Source of the DNA: an uncultured Poribacteria bacterium
Lineage (GTDB): Bacteria > Poribacteria > WGA-4E > PCPOR2b
NCBI GenBank assembly: GCA_958296125.1
Contig: OY282444.1
Location: 1,289,176-1,353,175 of the forward strand
Length of the DNA stretch: 64,000 nucleotides
Direction of reading: 5' to 3'
Shown here: positions 37,775 through 47,306 of the stretch, in pieces
Position numbering within the stretch: the first letter of the stretch is position 1
Layout: every line of letters begins with the position of its first letter
Position numbers and translations under genes: made by a program
The notes under the pieces: model-generated
Told to the model about the DNA's origin: nothing
Database searches by the model: none
The model's input: the letters and a program-made list of their open reading frames with translations, nothing else

Positions 37775-39316
37775 ATGGACTCTACCAAATCGTCTTTAGC
37801 ACTTGAATTGCACGGCATCACCAAAGCATTCGGGAGCAACCTCGCCGTGGATGGCGTGGACTTCGCGTTAGAGCGAGGGGAGATTCATGCCTTACTCGGT
37901 GAAAACGGCGCGGGTAAGTCCACGCTGATGAACCTAATCTACGGCTTGTATCAACCCGATGCCGGGGAGGTTCTAATCGACGGAAAGCCGAGGGTTGTCG
38001 ATTCACCAAAGACAGCGATTGCCTTGGGGTTGGGCATGGTGCATCAGCACTTTATGCTTGTGCCTTCGTTGAGTGTGGCTGAAAATATTGCCCTCAATTC
38101 TGGAAGCGGCAAATTTCGGTTTCGGCGGAACGAAGCGGAGGAAAACGCCCAGCAGCTTTCCACCCGTTACGGGCTGTCCATCTCGCCGGGCATGAAGATT
38201 TGGCAGCTGTCTGTCGGGCTTCAGCAACGGGTTGAGATTCTCAAAGCACTTTCAGCGGAGGCGCGAATCCTTATTCTTGATGAGCCGACCGCGGTCCTAT
38301 CTCCACAAGAAACCGCAGAACTGTTTACTATCCTCCGTCGCCTCAAATCGGATGGGCATTCCATTATCTTCATTAGCCATAAGCTGAAGGAGGTGATGGA
38401 AATCAGCGATCGGATTACTGTGTTGCGTCGTGGCAAAAGTGTTGCGACGACGAAAGTTGCTGATACCTCGCCCGCCCGTTTAGCGAAACAGATGGTCGGA
38501 TATGAGTTGCCACAGATTCAGCGAAGCCCACAAGTCCCCGGTGCGCCAATCCTTGAAATCCGCGAATTAACCGTTGCAGACCATCATGGCCGGAGGGTCG
38601 TTGATAGTCCTTCGTTTGATGTTTGTGCCGGTGAAATCGTGGGCATCGCTGGCATTGATGGTAATGGGCAGATTGAACTTGCCGAAGCGATTGTTGGACT
38701 CCGTAAGTCTTTGGGTGGTGCTATCCGTTTTAAGGGGGGAGCGATCACCAACCTTCCGACGAGCAAGAGTCGTCAGTTGGGATATGGCTATATCCCCGAA
38801 GACCGACAGACCGCCGGGCTCATCCTGAGTTTCACAATCGCAGAGAATCTGATTCTCAACGTTCACCGGCTCAGGCGGTATCGGTCGGAACTTTTGAAAG
38901 GTTGGCTGGCGTTTTTAGATCTTAAACGGATTGACGCTGATACCGAGGCACTCATCCAAAGCTATGACGTGCGGACAACCTACACACATGCGCCGGCGAA
39001 GTCGTTATCCGGGGGCAATCAGCAGAAGGTTGTTATTGCGCGGGAACTTTCACAGGAGCCACAACTGTTGCTAGCTGTCAACCCAACCCGTGGATTGGAC
39101 ATCGGTGCCGCGGATTACACACATCAGCAGTTTCTTAAGCAACGTCGGGATCAACGGGGTGTCCTGCTAATCTCAACGGAACTTGATGAGGTCTTGGCAC
39201 TGAGTGACCGAATCTTTGTCATGTATAGGGGTGGATTGATTGAGGCGACACAGTTTCGGGATAACCTGTCCAAAATCGGGCTATTGATGACGGGGAATTG
39301 GCAGCATGAACTGTAA
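37775..39316 (+). CDS. ABC transporter ATP-binding protein (two-domain, nucleoside/sugar type)
   Basis: GENGAGKS, LSVGLQQRVE, ILDEPT, LSGGNQQK, NPTRGLD. Confidence 0.93.
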   Translation: MDSTKSSLALELHGITKAFGSNLAVDGVDFALERGEIHALLGENGAGKSTLMNLIYGLYQPDAGEVLIDGKPRVVDSPKTAIALGLGMVHQHFMLVPSLSVAENIALNSGSGKFRFRRNEAEENAQQLSTRYGLSISPGMKIWQLSVGLQQRVEILKALSAEARILILDEPTAVLSPQETAELFTILRRLKSDGHSIIFISHKLKEVMEISDRITVLRRGKSVATTKVADTSPARLAKQMVGYELPQIQRSPQVPGAPILEIRELTVADHHGRRVVDSPSFDVCAGEIVGIAGIDGNGQIELAEAIVGLRKSLGGAIRFKGGAITNLPTSKSRQLGYGYIPEDRQTAGLILSFTIAENLILNVHRLRRYRSELLKGWLAFLDLKRIDADTEALIQSYDVRTTYTHAPAKSLSGGNQQKVVIARELSQEPQLLLAVNPTRGLDIGAADYTHQQFLKQRRDQRGVLLISTELDEVLALSDRIFVMYRGGLIEATQFRDNLSKIGLLMTGNWQHEL

Positions 39317-39483
39317 TCTGAATCAGGATACTCAGGATTCAAGGATTTACAGGATAGAAGACGCGAGGGCCCGTATCACCGCGTTGGGGCTAAGTGAACC
39401 AATGAACTGCTGCACCCTATACATATTGCCCTGCTGGAGTTTTCAGACAGCAACTTAGCTTAGAATAGGATTCGCGTGGGTTT

Positions 39484-40227
39484 CTACTTCAGTCGGAGAA
39501 TCTCACGTTGTGCCTCTGATAGGTTATCTGTGACGTGGTTGCTGAAAATTAAGCCCTGACCGCCCCAATCGGGCATGTAGCCGATACTGTAGCAGTAATA
39601 AATGGTTCGGCGCGGGCGTTTTGAGGTGTTCACCACCGAACCGTGTGTCAAGGCTTCGGTGAAAATAATGGCATCACCTGCCTTTGCAGGAATTGGTGTC
39701 AACACCGGATTTTCGTCGGGGTGGCTGCCCCAGGGTCTCAAGAAGTTGCTCTTATGTGCGCCCGGTATGACAGCAAAGCATCCGTCCTCAACATCGCAAT
39801 CCAGCATCGGAAATACAGCTTTGGTCAGCGTCGAGATCATTTGACCGTTGCGACAATGATACTGACATTTGGGGATGATTGGGGTGCCCTGCATGTGCAG
39901 CCCTGTATAACCGCCGCCCCACCGGTAGATTGTGTAGGTATGGTTGAGTCGGTAAGGTCCACCGGTCACACCTTCAACCACATCTAACACCTCAGGAAGG
40001 TCAATCAGTGGATTGAAAACGGGATCGGCTTCGAGAATATTGGAGATATAGAGTTCCTTTTCTGTCTTAGGGGTGCCGAGACAGAGCGGCGGTGGATAGT
40101 TTTCTGGCGGCATGTCTTCAAAGGGGTCTAATGTCTTATTACACGCTTCCACCACAGATTGAGGCACCACATTTTCCAAGACAATGTAGCCTTGCAGGTC
40201 AAATAGATATTTTTGTTCTTCTGTCAC
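39484..40227 (-). CDS. Phytanoyl-CoA dioxygenase (PhyH)-like protein
   Basis: QGYIVLENV, IPGAHKSN, FTEALTHGS...RR; the usual HxD reads HMQ. Confidence 0.8.
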   Translation of the reverse strand: MTEEQKYLFDLQGYIVLENVVPQSVVEACNKTLDPFEDMPPENYPPPLCLGTPKTEKELYISNILEADPVFNPLIDLPEVLDVVEGVTGGPYRLNHTYTIYRWGGGYTGLHMQGTPIIPKCQYHCRNGQMISTLTKAVFPMLDCDVEDGCFAVIPGAHKSNFLRPWGSHPDENPVLTPIPAKAGDAIIFTEALTHGSVVNTSKRPRRTIYYCYSIGYMPDWGGQGLIFSNHVTDNLSEAQREILRLK

Positions 40228-40307
40228 TGTCTGTCTCCCTAGTTATCGGTTGTTCTAGCCGGAAATTAGTTTCAATTTAACAATTTTTTCACGCTTTGCC
40301 ATAGACG

Positions 40308-41135
40308 CTAGGGCCACTGTGTTTCAAAGGCATCGGTTCCATCGCCATATACCAGTTTACCATACGCCTCCCAAAGCGGGAGATTTTGTGGGGGGTGTTC
40401 TGCCCCCTTCAGGGCGATTAGGTTCTCCTCCAACTGTGCCAGCGTCGCTGGTGCAGTTAATGCAATGTGGACAGCCGAGTGATGTAGGACGTATTGGTAG
40501 CAATTCGCTGCACTTGGGACGGGCCCGTCCCAATCTTGATGTCCTGTCAGCAGCGATCCCCACCGTGTGCATGTAAATGCAACCACCGGAACCCCAGCGT
40601 TGAGTGCTGCAGGGAGCACCTGTTCTTCTGCGCCTCGATGCGCCATGTTATAACGGTGCATAAGCACATCAATGCGACCACTCTCAATGAGCTCGACTGC
40701 CATCGGTCGGTTGTGTGCTGTGGCACCGACGTAACGGATGAGTCCTTCAGCTTTCCAACGATGAAGTTCGTCAAACACACCCCCCGCGCCCAGCAGCGTC
40801 TCCATGTCATCCCCAGGAGCGACATACTCTGCATAGAAGACATCCACCGCATCTAGCTCCAGTTGGCGGCGTATCTGATCGAGGTATGCACGCAATGTTT
40901 CGGGATTGCGAGATTCGCTCCCCGTTGCTACAACTATCGACTCCCAACTGTCGGATAGCAAGGATTTCAGTTCGCCGATGAGTATTGGATACGATTGATT
41001 ATAAAAGAAGAAGTAATTGATACCCGCATCATAAGCTGCGGTAACACAACCTTCCTCCATATTTGGATTGCCAGCCAGACCGAGCGGCTGTACCGGTTGA
41101 TTCAGCCGGGTTGTTATCTTGGCGATTTTTTCCAT
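40308..41135 (-). CDS. Aldo/keto reductase family protein
   Basis: AYDAGINYFF, LELDAVDVFY, GLIRYVGATAH, RYNMAHR. Confidence 0.85.
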   Translation of the reverse strand: MEKIAKITTRLNQPVQPLGLAGNPNMEEGCVTAAYDAGINYFFFYNQSYPILIGELKSLLSDSWESIVVATGSESRNPETLRAYLDQIRRQLELDAVDVFYAEYVAPGDDMETLLGAGGVFDELHRWKAEGLIRYVGATAHNRPMAVELIESGRIDVLMHRYNMAHRGAEEQVLPAALNAGVPVVAFTCTRWGSLLTGHQDWDGPVPSAANCYQYVLHHSAVHIALTAPATLAQLEENLIALKGAEHPPQNLPLWEAYGKLVYGDGTDAFETQWP

Positions 41136-41321
41136 GGGCGACTCCCTGTTTCTGTTTTCACAATTAGCTCTACGCCTCCATTATATACCTTTGATTGGCT
41201 ATGTCAACCAAATTTTTCTATACATATAGTTGGAGGTATGGTAACATAGCCCACGCGAAACCGAATGTGAGAAATTATCTGTATATCAAATTGAGAAGCC
41301 TATTCTAATGTAGGTTGCTAC

Positions 41322-42839
41322 CTATTTTATGTGGGGTTGATGGATATCAGGTTGTGTAGGGAATGCAGATCTGCGTTCCCTACTATTGTCGAGATCCGAG
41401 ACATAAAAGATAAGCCCAATCAGAAACCAGAAAATTAGCAGGGGTCGTTGATGGAGAATATGATCGGCGAGCCCGTAGACAAGGGCGGAGATCAGGAAAC
41501 CGCTGCCTCCGATGAACAAGCCAGAGCACCAAAAGTCGTCCCTTTTACGTAGGGCAGAAAGCCGACGAAAGATGAGAAAGAGTATCGCTAAAAACAGAAT
41601 TAGCGATGGAATTCCCTGTTCAACGGCGATGTGTAGGTAGATGTTATGGGCGTGATACGGCTTGTGATGGGTTCCTACTGGTGCGTGTAATTGGTATTCA
41701 TGACGAAACCTTCCCAAACCGATGCCGGTGATTGGATACTTTGCTATCAGTTGGGCGGACGTTTTCCACCATTGGGGCCGCTCGCTCATAAAGCCCTGCG
41801 GACGTTGGCGAATCGTTTCAAAGCGATCCTTGACGGTCTGGGGCATCAAAAAGGGGGATAGGATCACAAGGGCTAGCAATCCCCAGAGTAGTTTCCGCTG
41901 AAAGTAGACTGCGATATAAATTGTTGCGGCAAACACCCCAATCCATGCAGCCCGCGTGAGTGTGAGGGCGAGATTAGCTCCCATCGCGCATAAGAATCCC
42001 CCTAACACAGCGATGAACTTCCAGGCTTTGCCCACGCGCCAGCTTGCAACCAAATAACCTATCGCTATCGGTAAAACGATTACGAGGTAAGCTCCCAAGT
42101 CATTGGGCATCTTAAAGGTGCCGGCGAGTCGAGGTTCAATCATGTAAACTTTGAGTTGCCCTTCACTTTTCTCGATAGCGTATTTGCGGTTTTGGTTCTT
42201 ATCAACTATCAGCCAGTCACCGTATTTTTTCGAGGAAAAGATAGTCGCATTTTGAGAGAGCTGTCTGCCGTTTTCTTCATAAGCCCGCCGCAAATCCTCC
42301 GAGACCTTAATCCCATCATTACGATGGGCTGCATGGCTGAAGTGACTTTCTAAGTGTGACTCCATGCCGAACATATAGGCGGTTCCCATGTGTGTACCGG
42401 AGGCGTAGTAATATAGACCAAGGATAGAGGAGAACCCCCCGGCAAACACAAAAGCGATGATAAGGTGCCGCCAACGCCCATCCAGCCGACTGTGAACAAC
42501 CGCATAAAACAACATCACAGCTCGAAGCAATTTCCAGAAATACCCTAGGCTACTTGTCGCTCGATGTGGTGCAAAGAGTGAAGCGACAAGTGCAAGGAGA
42601 AGAAAGACCGCGATCGGGATGTCTAGCGGTGTTTTTTTCCATTCAAACCGACGCTCGCAACAGATACGCCCTACCCACCCAAACAATACGAGTAGTAGAC
42701 TCGCGTTCAAAATTGCCGTTGCATAGCCGAATGGGAGGATAAGCACGAAAAGAAGAAAACCAACGTAGATAGCCAGATCGAAAAACTCGCTTGGGCGGCG
42801 ATAGTATTGGATTGTGGTCTGCCGAATTTTGTCTAACAT
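41322..42839 (-). CDS. O-antigen ligase (Wzy_C) family membrane protein
   Basis: Multiple TM helices; RLAGTFKMPNDLG, LTLTRAAW, PITGIGLG, HAHNIYL. Confidence 0.88.
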   Translation of the reverse strand: MLDKIRQTTIQYYRRPSEFFDLAIYVGFLLFVLILPFGYATAILNASLLLVLFGWVGRICCERRFEWKKTPLDIPIAVFLLLALVASLFAPHRATSSLGYFWKLLRAVMLFYAVVHSRLDGRWRHLIIAFVFAGGFSSILGLYYYASGTHMGTAYMFGMESHLESHFSHAAHRNDGIKVSEDLRRAYEENGRQLSQNATIFSSKKYGDWLIVDKNQNRKYAIEKSEGQLKVYMIEPRLAGTFKMPNDLGAYLVIVLPIAIGYLVASWRVGKAWKFIAVLGGFLCAMGANLALTLTRAAWIGVFAATIYIAVYFQRKLLWGLLALVILSPFLMPQTVKDRFETIRQRPQGFMSERPQWWKTSAQLIAKYPITGIGLGRFRHEYQLHAPVGTHHKPYHAHNIYLHIAVEQGIPSLILFLAILFLIFRRLSALRKRDDFWCSGLFIGGSGFLISALVYGLADHILHQRPLLIFWFLIGLIFYVSDLDNSRERRSAFPTQPDIHQPHIK

Positions 42840-43007
42840 GATGTCTGGAACGTAAGCCGTGAATAGGCAGGTTGGTGCTGCCGAGCCTTCCTCAAGGTAA
42901 TTGGGCGCGTTATCTCAGTGCCCGTGGACAGACGCGAGCCAGCCATAATGTAACATATCAGGACTCGAAAGGACGAGCAAAAATGGTTCGACAACCGGAG
43001 ATAGATT

Positions 43008-44027
43008 GTGAACAGATTGAGGTTATTGTTTCTTATTTTCGCCGCTGGTTTCGTAGCTTCCACCGTAGGTGCACAGGAGCGCGGAATGATAATCCCCCAT
43101 TTGTCGTTTCACTTTGGCGTGAGCCAGAATCCACCGGGCGATCGTTTGTTGCCTGAGGTTTCTCGGCGTATTGTCTTCAGCTTGGATAACACCAAAATTA
43201 TCTCCAAACTGATGGATGGGCGCGTTGAGCAGTGGGATTTAGAAACCCGCGAAAAAAAACATATTACTACCACCAAAGCCCTATTTGCCTACTCACCGAC
43301 TCGCAATCTTCTCTTGGTCAAAAAAGAGAATGATGACGTTGTGCTTATCTTGTTGGACACCAATCAGGAGACAATTCTGACCAATGGTGCATTTGAAAGC
43401 GTGAGCCTGTCAGCAAACGGGAGATTCGTGGTGCTATCGCGTGGGGATAAACAGATAGAAATCTGGGAAATAGACCAGAAGCGGCTGCTAAAACGCCTGA
43501 ACACGGTTGAGCCGGTGAGAAACGGTTTAGCCATTTCCCACGATGGTCAGTACGTTGCCGCGGCTGAAGGCGTGTACAAGGATGGGGAAGGTCATCGCAC
43601 AGTCATCGAAGTGTGGGATATCAAGCGAGACACCCCGGCGGATCTGATTGATACGGAACCCATCTTGGGTGTCTGGAACGTGCATTTTTCTCCTGACGCT
43701 TCAATGCTCGCTGTTGATAGTCAAATACAGGCGCAGGCTGGGATTCGTGTCTGGGACAGAACGACAAGAAGACAACTATTTCAGAAAGACCTCTTGAAGA
43801 CGTATTGGGTGCGTGCCCTCACGTTTGCATCGGCGGGGAAATACATCGCGTTCGGCGATGAATCGGGAGTGATAGGACTCTGGAATATCAAAGAAGATAA
43901 AGAGGTGTTTACACTGAAAATCGATACCGGAATTGAATCCCTCGCGTTTTCTCATGACGGGAAGTATATGGCAGTTGGGCTTTTCGATTCGACAGTTCAA
44001 ATCTGGGAGATCGAATCCGATCTCTAG
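43008..44027 (+). CDS. Secreted WD40-repeat protein
   Basis: Signal peptide; LAFSHDGKYMAVG..DSTVQIWE-type repeats. Confidence 0.85.
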   Translation: MNRLRLLFLIFAAGFVASTVGAQERGMIIPHLSFHFGVSQNPPGDRLLPEVSRRIVFSLDNTKIISKLMDGRVEQWDLETREKKHITTTKALFAYSPTRNLLLVKKENDDVVLILLDTNQETILTNGAFESVSLSANGRFVVLSRGDKQIEIWEIDQKRLLKRLNTVEPVRNGLAISHDGQYVAAAEGVYKDGEGHRTVIEVWDIKRDTPADLIDTEPILGVWNVHFSPDASMLAVDSQIQAQAGIRVWDRTTRRQLFQKDLLKTYWVRALTFASAGKYIAFGDESGVIGLWNIKEDKEVFTLKIDTGIESLAFSHDGKYMAVGLFDSTVQIWEIESDL

Positions 44028-44068
44028 TGTTTGCTCGGAATTTTCATGAATTGGAGGGGAAATCTGTT

Positions 44069-44578
44069 ATGGATCCAAAAGGTGACACATCATATACCGA
44101 TGCAAAAGGTCGTACCCGTTGGCGACGCAATGACGAAATTGCTAAGAAACTCCGGCAGCTCCACGAGATCTTGGTCATTGGGGGCTACGAAGAATCCCAT
44201 GCTACACGATATTCAAGGTTAGCCTATACTATTTCGCGCCACCCGGAATCGATAGAGGAATTGCATCGGAAAGGACGTTTGGCGACGGTCTCCGGTGTCG
44301 GTGAAACGATTGCTGAGATTATCGGTGAGTTTATCGAGACTGGGACATGTGCGAAGTTGGAGGAATTCGCTGAGCATACCCCGAAAACTGTGCTGGAGTT
44401 GACAGCACTTCCCGGAGTTGGTATCAAGACCGCAAAGGCGTTGTACGATGAGCTTGGTATTGATAGCCTTGTCTCTCTTGGCGAAGCACTTAATGAAGAT
44501 AGGCTTGAAGGGTTCAAACTCATGACAAAAAAGACGCAGGAGAGGATTCGGCAGCACATCAGCGAGGATTTCAGATGA
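44069..44578 (+). CDS. Stand-alone DNA polymerase X N-terminal (HhH) domain protein
   Basis: NDEIAKKL, SGVGETIA, LPGVGIKTA HhH motifs; stops before any palm domain; RBS ggagggg before ATG 44069. Confidence 0.8.
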   Translation: MDPKGDTSYTDAKGRTRWRRNDEIAKKLRQLHEILVIGGYEESHATRYSRLAYTISRHPESIEELHRKGRLATVSGVGETIAEIIGEFIETGTCAKLEEFAEHTPKTVLELTALPGVGIKTAKALYDELGIDSLVSLGEALNEDRLEGFKLMTKKTQERIRQHISEDFR

Positions 44579-44681
44579 GGGGGTTGCGTTTCTATTCATA
44601 CAGTGATACCTTGTGGGTATGGAATAACCTCAGTTCCTACTCATAACGCAAGTTGCTAGACAGATAGAGGAGACAGAAAAG

Positions 44682-45509
44682 ATGCAAAGACAAGATCAAC
44701 CGTCTCAGCCTACGCCGGAATTTTCTCACCGACTCGCTGACAAAGTGGCAGCTGTCACCGGCACGGGCCAGGGGATCGGCAGAGCAACCGTCTTACGATT
44801 GGCACAGGAGGGAGCGTCGCTCTTTGCCAGTGACATCCAAGAAGATCTGCTAGAGAAACTCGAAAGTGACATCAAAGCGATCGGTGCCCCGATTGCCACA
44901 GGAATTTTCGATGCCGCTAAAGCGGCGGATGCCCCATCTTTTGTTCAGGCGGTCATCGAACGGTACGGACGCATCGATATCATGGTTAACAATGCAGGGG
45001 GCATACGGACGCAGCCATTTCCGGATGTTACGGAAGAGACGTGGGACTGGACGCTCAATCTGAACCTCAAAGGACCTTATTTTTATATGCAGGAAGCGGC
45101 GAAACCGATGATAGCGCAGAAAAGCGGCACGATTATCAATATTGCCTCGGTGGCTGGAATTGCTGGGGGCATGACTTACTCGCCACCTTATGCAGCGAGC
45201 AAAGCAGCGATCATTAATCTCACTAAGGTGGCTGCCGCTAACCTCGCGGAGCACGGGGTTACGGTCAACGCTATCGCCCCCGGTATTGTGGAGACCGCTT
45301 TTAACTGGACGCTCGATGACCTGATAGGGGTTCAGCAGATGGGGCTGGCCCCCGGCGAGTTTATGGAGCGTCGCCGTGCCTCTATTCCATTGGGTCGGCT
45401 TCAACAGCCGCAAGACATTGCCAACGTTGTAGCTTTTCTGGCAGGTCCAGATGCTTCCGAGATGACAGGCGAGACGGTTGTCGTTTCCGGGGGGTTGGTC
45501 ACGCGGTGA
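44682..45509 (+). CDS. SDR family oxidoreductase
   Basis: TGTGQGIG, NNAG, YAASK. Confidence 0.95.
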   Translation: MQRQDQPSQPTPEFSHRLADKVAAVTGTGQGIGRATVLRLAQEGASLFASDIQEDLLEKLESDIKAIGAPIATGIFDAAKAADAPSFVQAVIERYGRIDIMVNNAGGIRTQPFPDVTEETWDWTLNLNLKGPYFYMQEAAKPMIAQKSGTIINIASVAGIAGGMTYSPPYAASKAAIINLTKVAAANLAEHGVTVNAIAPGIVETAFNWTLDDLIGVQQMGLAPGEFMERRRASIPLGRLQQPQDIANVVAFLAGPDASEMTGETVVVSGGLVTR

Positions 45510-45527
45510 TTATTCAAAGGAGAAGTT

Positions 45528-47285
45528 ATGATCAAAGAATCGGTATTATCAAAACCTCAATATGAAACAGCTCATGACAAGAATCAAGAAATTTCCATGC
45601 GGGACGGCACGATTCTTCGCGCTAACATCACCCGCCCTGATGTGGAGGGCAAGTTTCCTGTACTCATAGAGCGCACACCGTATAACAAGGAGGGGGGATC
45701 CGAGAATGGGGTGGGCTCCCCCCAATTCTTCGCCCAGAGGGGGTATGTTGTCATTATCCAAGATGTGCGAGGCAGGTTCGCTTCTGACGGTGAATTTTAC
45801 CCATTTCGGGACGATGGGGCAGGGATAAACCGCGATGGCTATGATACCATTGAGTGGGCGGCGGCACAACCGTGGTCTGATGGCAATGTAGGAACGATTG
45901 GCGGTTCCTATTCTGGTGCCACGCAGTACAGAAACGCGCTGAGTCGCCCGCCTCACCTACGGGCGATGTTTGTCCGTGAGTCCGCCGCGGACTACTATCA
46001 GGAATGGGTGTACCGAAGTGGTGCATTTGAGCTCGCGTTCAACATGGCTTGGGCGCATGGTGTGACGTTGACTAATCTCGCACACCTCGCGGAGGGGGAG
46101 GAATTTAATCGACAAAAGGGCAGACTCGAAAGGGTTCAGCAGGAGATGGATAACTGGTATGCGCGCCTTCCGCTGCATCCATGCCCGTTCCTTGAGGGTT
46201 TGAGCGATTGGTTCAACGATTGGCTTCAACACCCGATGGATGGTGGATACTGGGACCGCTTTAACATCGACAAATTCCACGATCAGATAGAAACGCCCAT
46301 GTACCACCTGGGGGGATGGTTTGACATCTTTTTGGCGGGGACTTTCAAGCACTATATGGGTATTAAGCAGCGTGGTCGTACAGAAAAAGCTCGCCAGAGC
46401 CAGAAACTGATTATTGGACCGTGGGTGCACGGTCCTGGGAACATCAACACCCAATTTGCTGGCGAATTTGATTTCGGCGTTGATGCGGCTAAGGATTTCA
46501 ACGAAATGCGTCTCCCTTGGTTCGATTATTGGCTCAAGGGAATTGACACAGGAATTATGGATGTACCGCCGGTACGCATTTTCGTGATGGGGTGCAACGA
46601 ATGGCGCGATGAGTCCGATTGGCCCCTACCCGACACGCAGTACACGAACTATTATCTACACGGTGGACAGAGTGGTTCAGTCAAATCATTGAACGATGGA
46701 ACACTATCGCCGAAACCTCCCGAAGGAAGTGAAGATCCGGAGAGTTTTGTGTATGATCCACTCCAACCCGTTCCCACTCAAGGCGGCAACACATTAAATG
46801 TACCCGGCGGCGTTTATGACCAGCGCGAGGTTGAGCAGCTGTGTCTTACATTCACCAGCGAGCCATTAACGGAAGAACTCGATGTCACGGGCCCTGTGAA
46901 AGCGGTGATATATGGGTTGTCCTCTGCGCCGGATACCGATTGGGTCGTGCGGCTCACCGATGTGCACCCGGATGGTTACTCGCGACTATTATGTGACGGC
47001 ATCCTTCGCGCACGATACAGGGATTCTTTCGCGCATCCTGAGCTGTTGGAGGTTGGTAAGGTATACAGATATGAGATTGATATGTGGGCAACGAGCAACG
47101 TTTTCCTACCGGGGCATCGAGTGCGGGTGTCGGTCACGAGTAGTTGTTTCCCTCGGTTTGACCGAAATCTCAACACCGGTGGATCCATTCACAACGAGGC
47201 TACCGGGCAAGTTGCTATCAATACGGTCATGCACGACGAAATGAGACCATCCCATATCGTGCTGCCCGTGATTAAGCGAAGGTGA
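45528..47285 (+). CDS. CocE/NonD family serine hydrolase
   Basis: MRDGTIL, RTPY, QDVRGRFASDG, GGSYSG nucleophile elbow, GPWVH. Confidence 0.93.
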   Translation: MIKESVLSKPQYETAHDKNQEISMRDGTILRANITRPDVEGKFPVLIERTPYNKEGGSENGVGSPQFFAQRGYVVIIQDVRGRFASDGEFYPFRDDGAGINRDGYDTIEWAAAQPWSDGNVGTIGGSYSGATQYRNALSRPPHLRAMFVRESAADYYQEWVYRSGAFELAFNMAWAHGVTLTNLAHLAEGEEFNRQKGRLERVQQEMDNWYARLPLHPCPFLEGLSDWFNDWLQHPMDGGYWDRFNIDKFHDQIETPMYHLGGWFDIFLAGTFKHYMGIKQRGRTEKARQSQKLIIGPWVHGPGNINTQFAGEFDFGVDAAKDFNEMRLPWFDYWLKGIDTGIMDVPPVRIFVMGCNEWRDESDWPLPDTQYTNYYLHGGQSGSVKSLNDGTLSPKPPEGSEDPESFVYDPLQPVPTQGGNTLNVPGGVYDQREVEQLCLTFTSEPLTEELDVTGPVKAVIYGLSSAPDTDWVVRLTDVHPDGYSRLLCDGILRARYRDSFAHPELLEVGKVYRYEIDMWATSNVFLPGHRVRVSVTSSCFPRFDRNLNTGGSIHNEATGQVAINTVMHDEMRPSHIVLPVIKRR

Positions 47286-47306
47286 GGGACGATAAATTGT
47301 AATTGC

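Noticed and set aside
42958-42979. TCAGG...GAAAGGA..AGC resembling SRP RNA helix 8
   Set aside because: The bases flanking the tetraloop do not pair as required and no extended helix forms.
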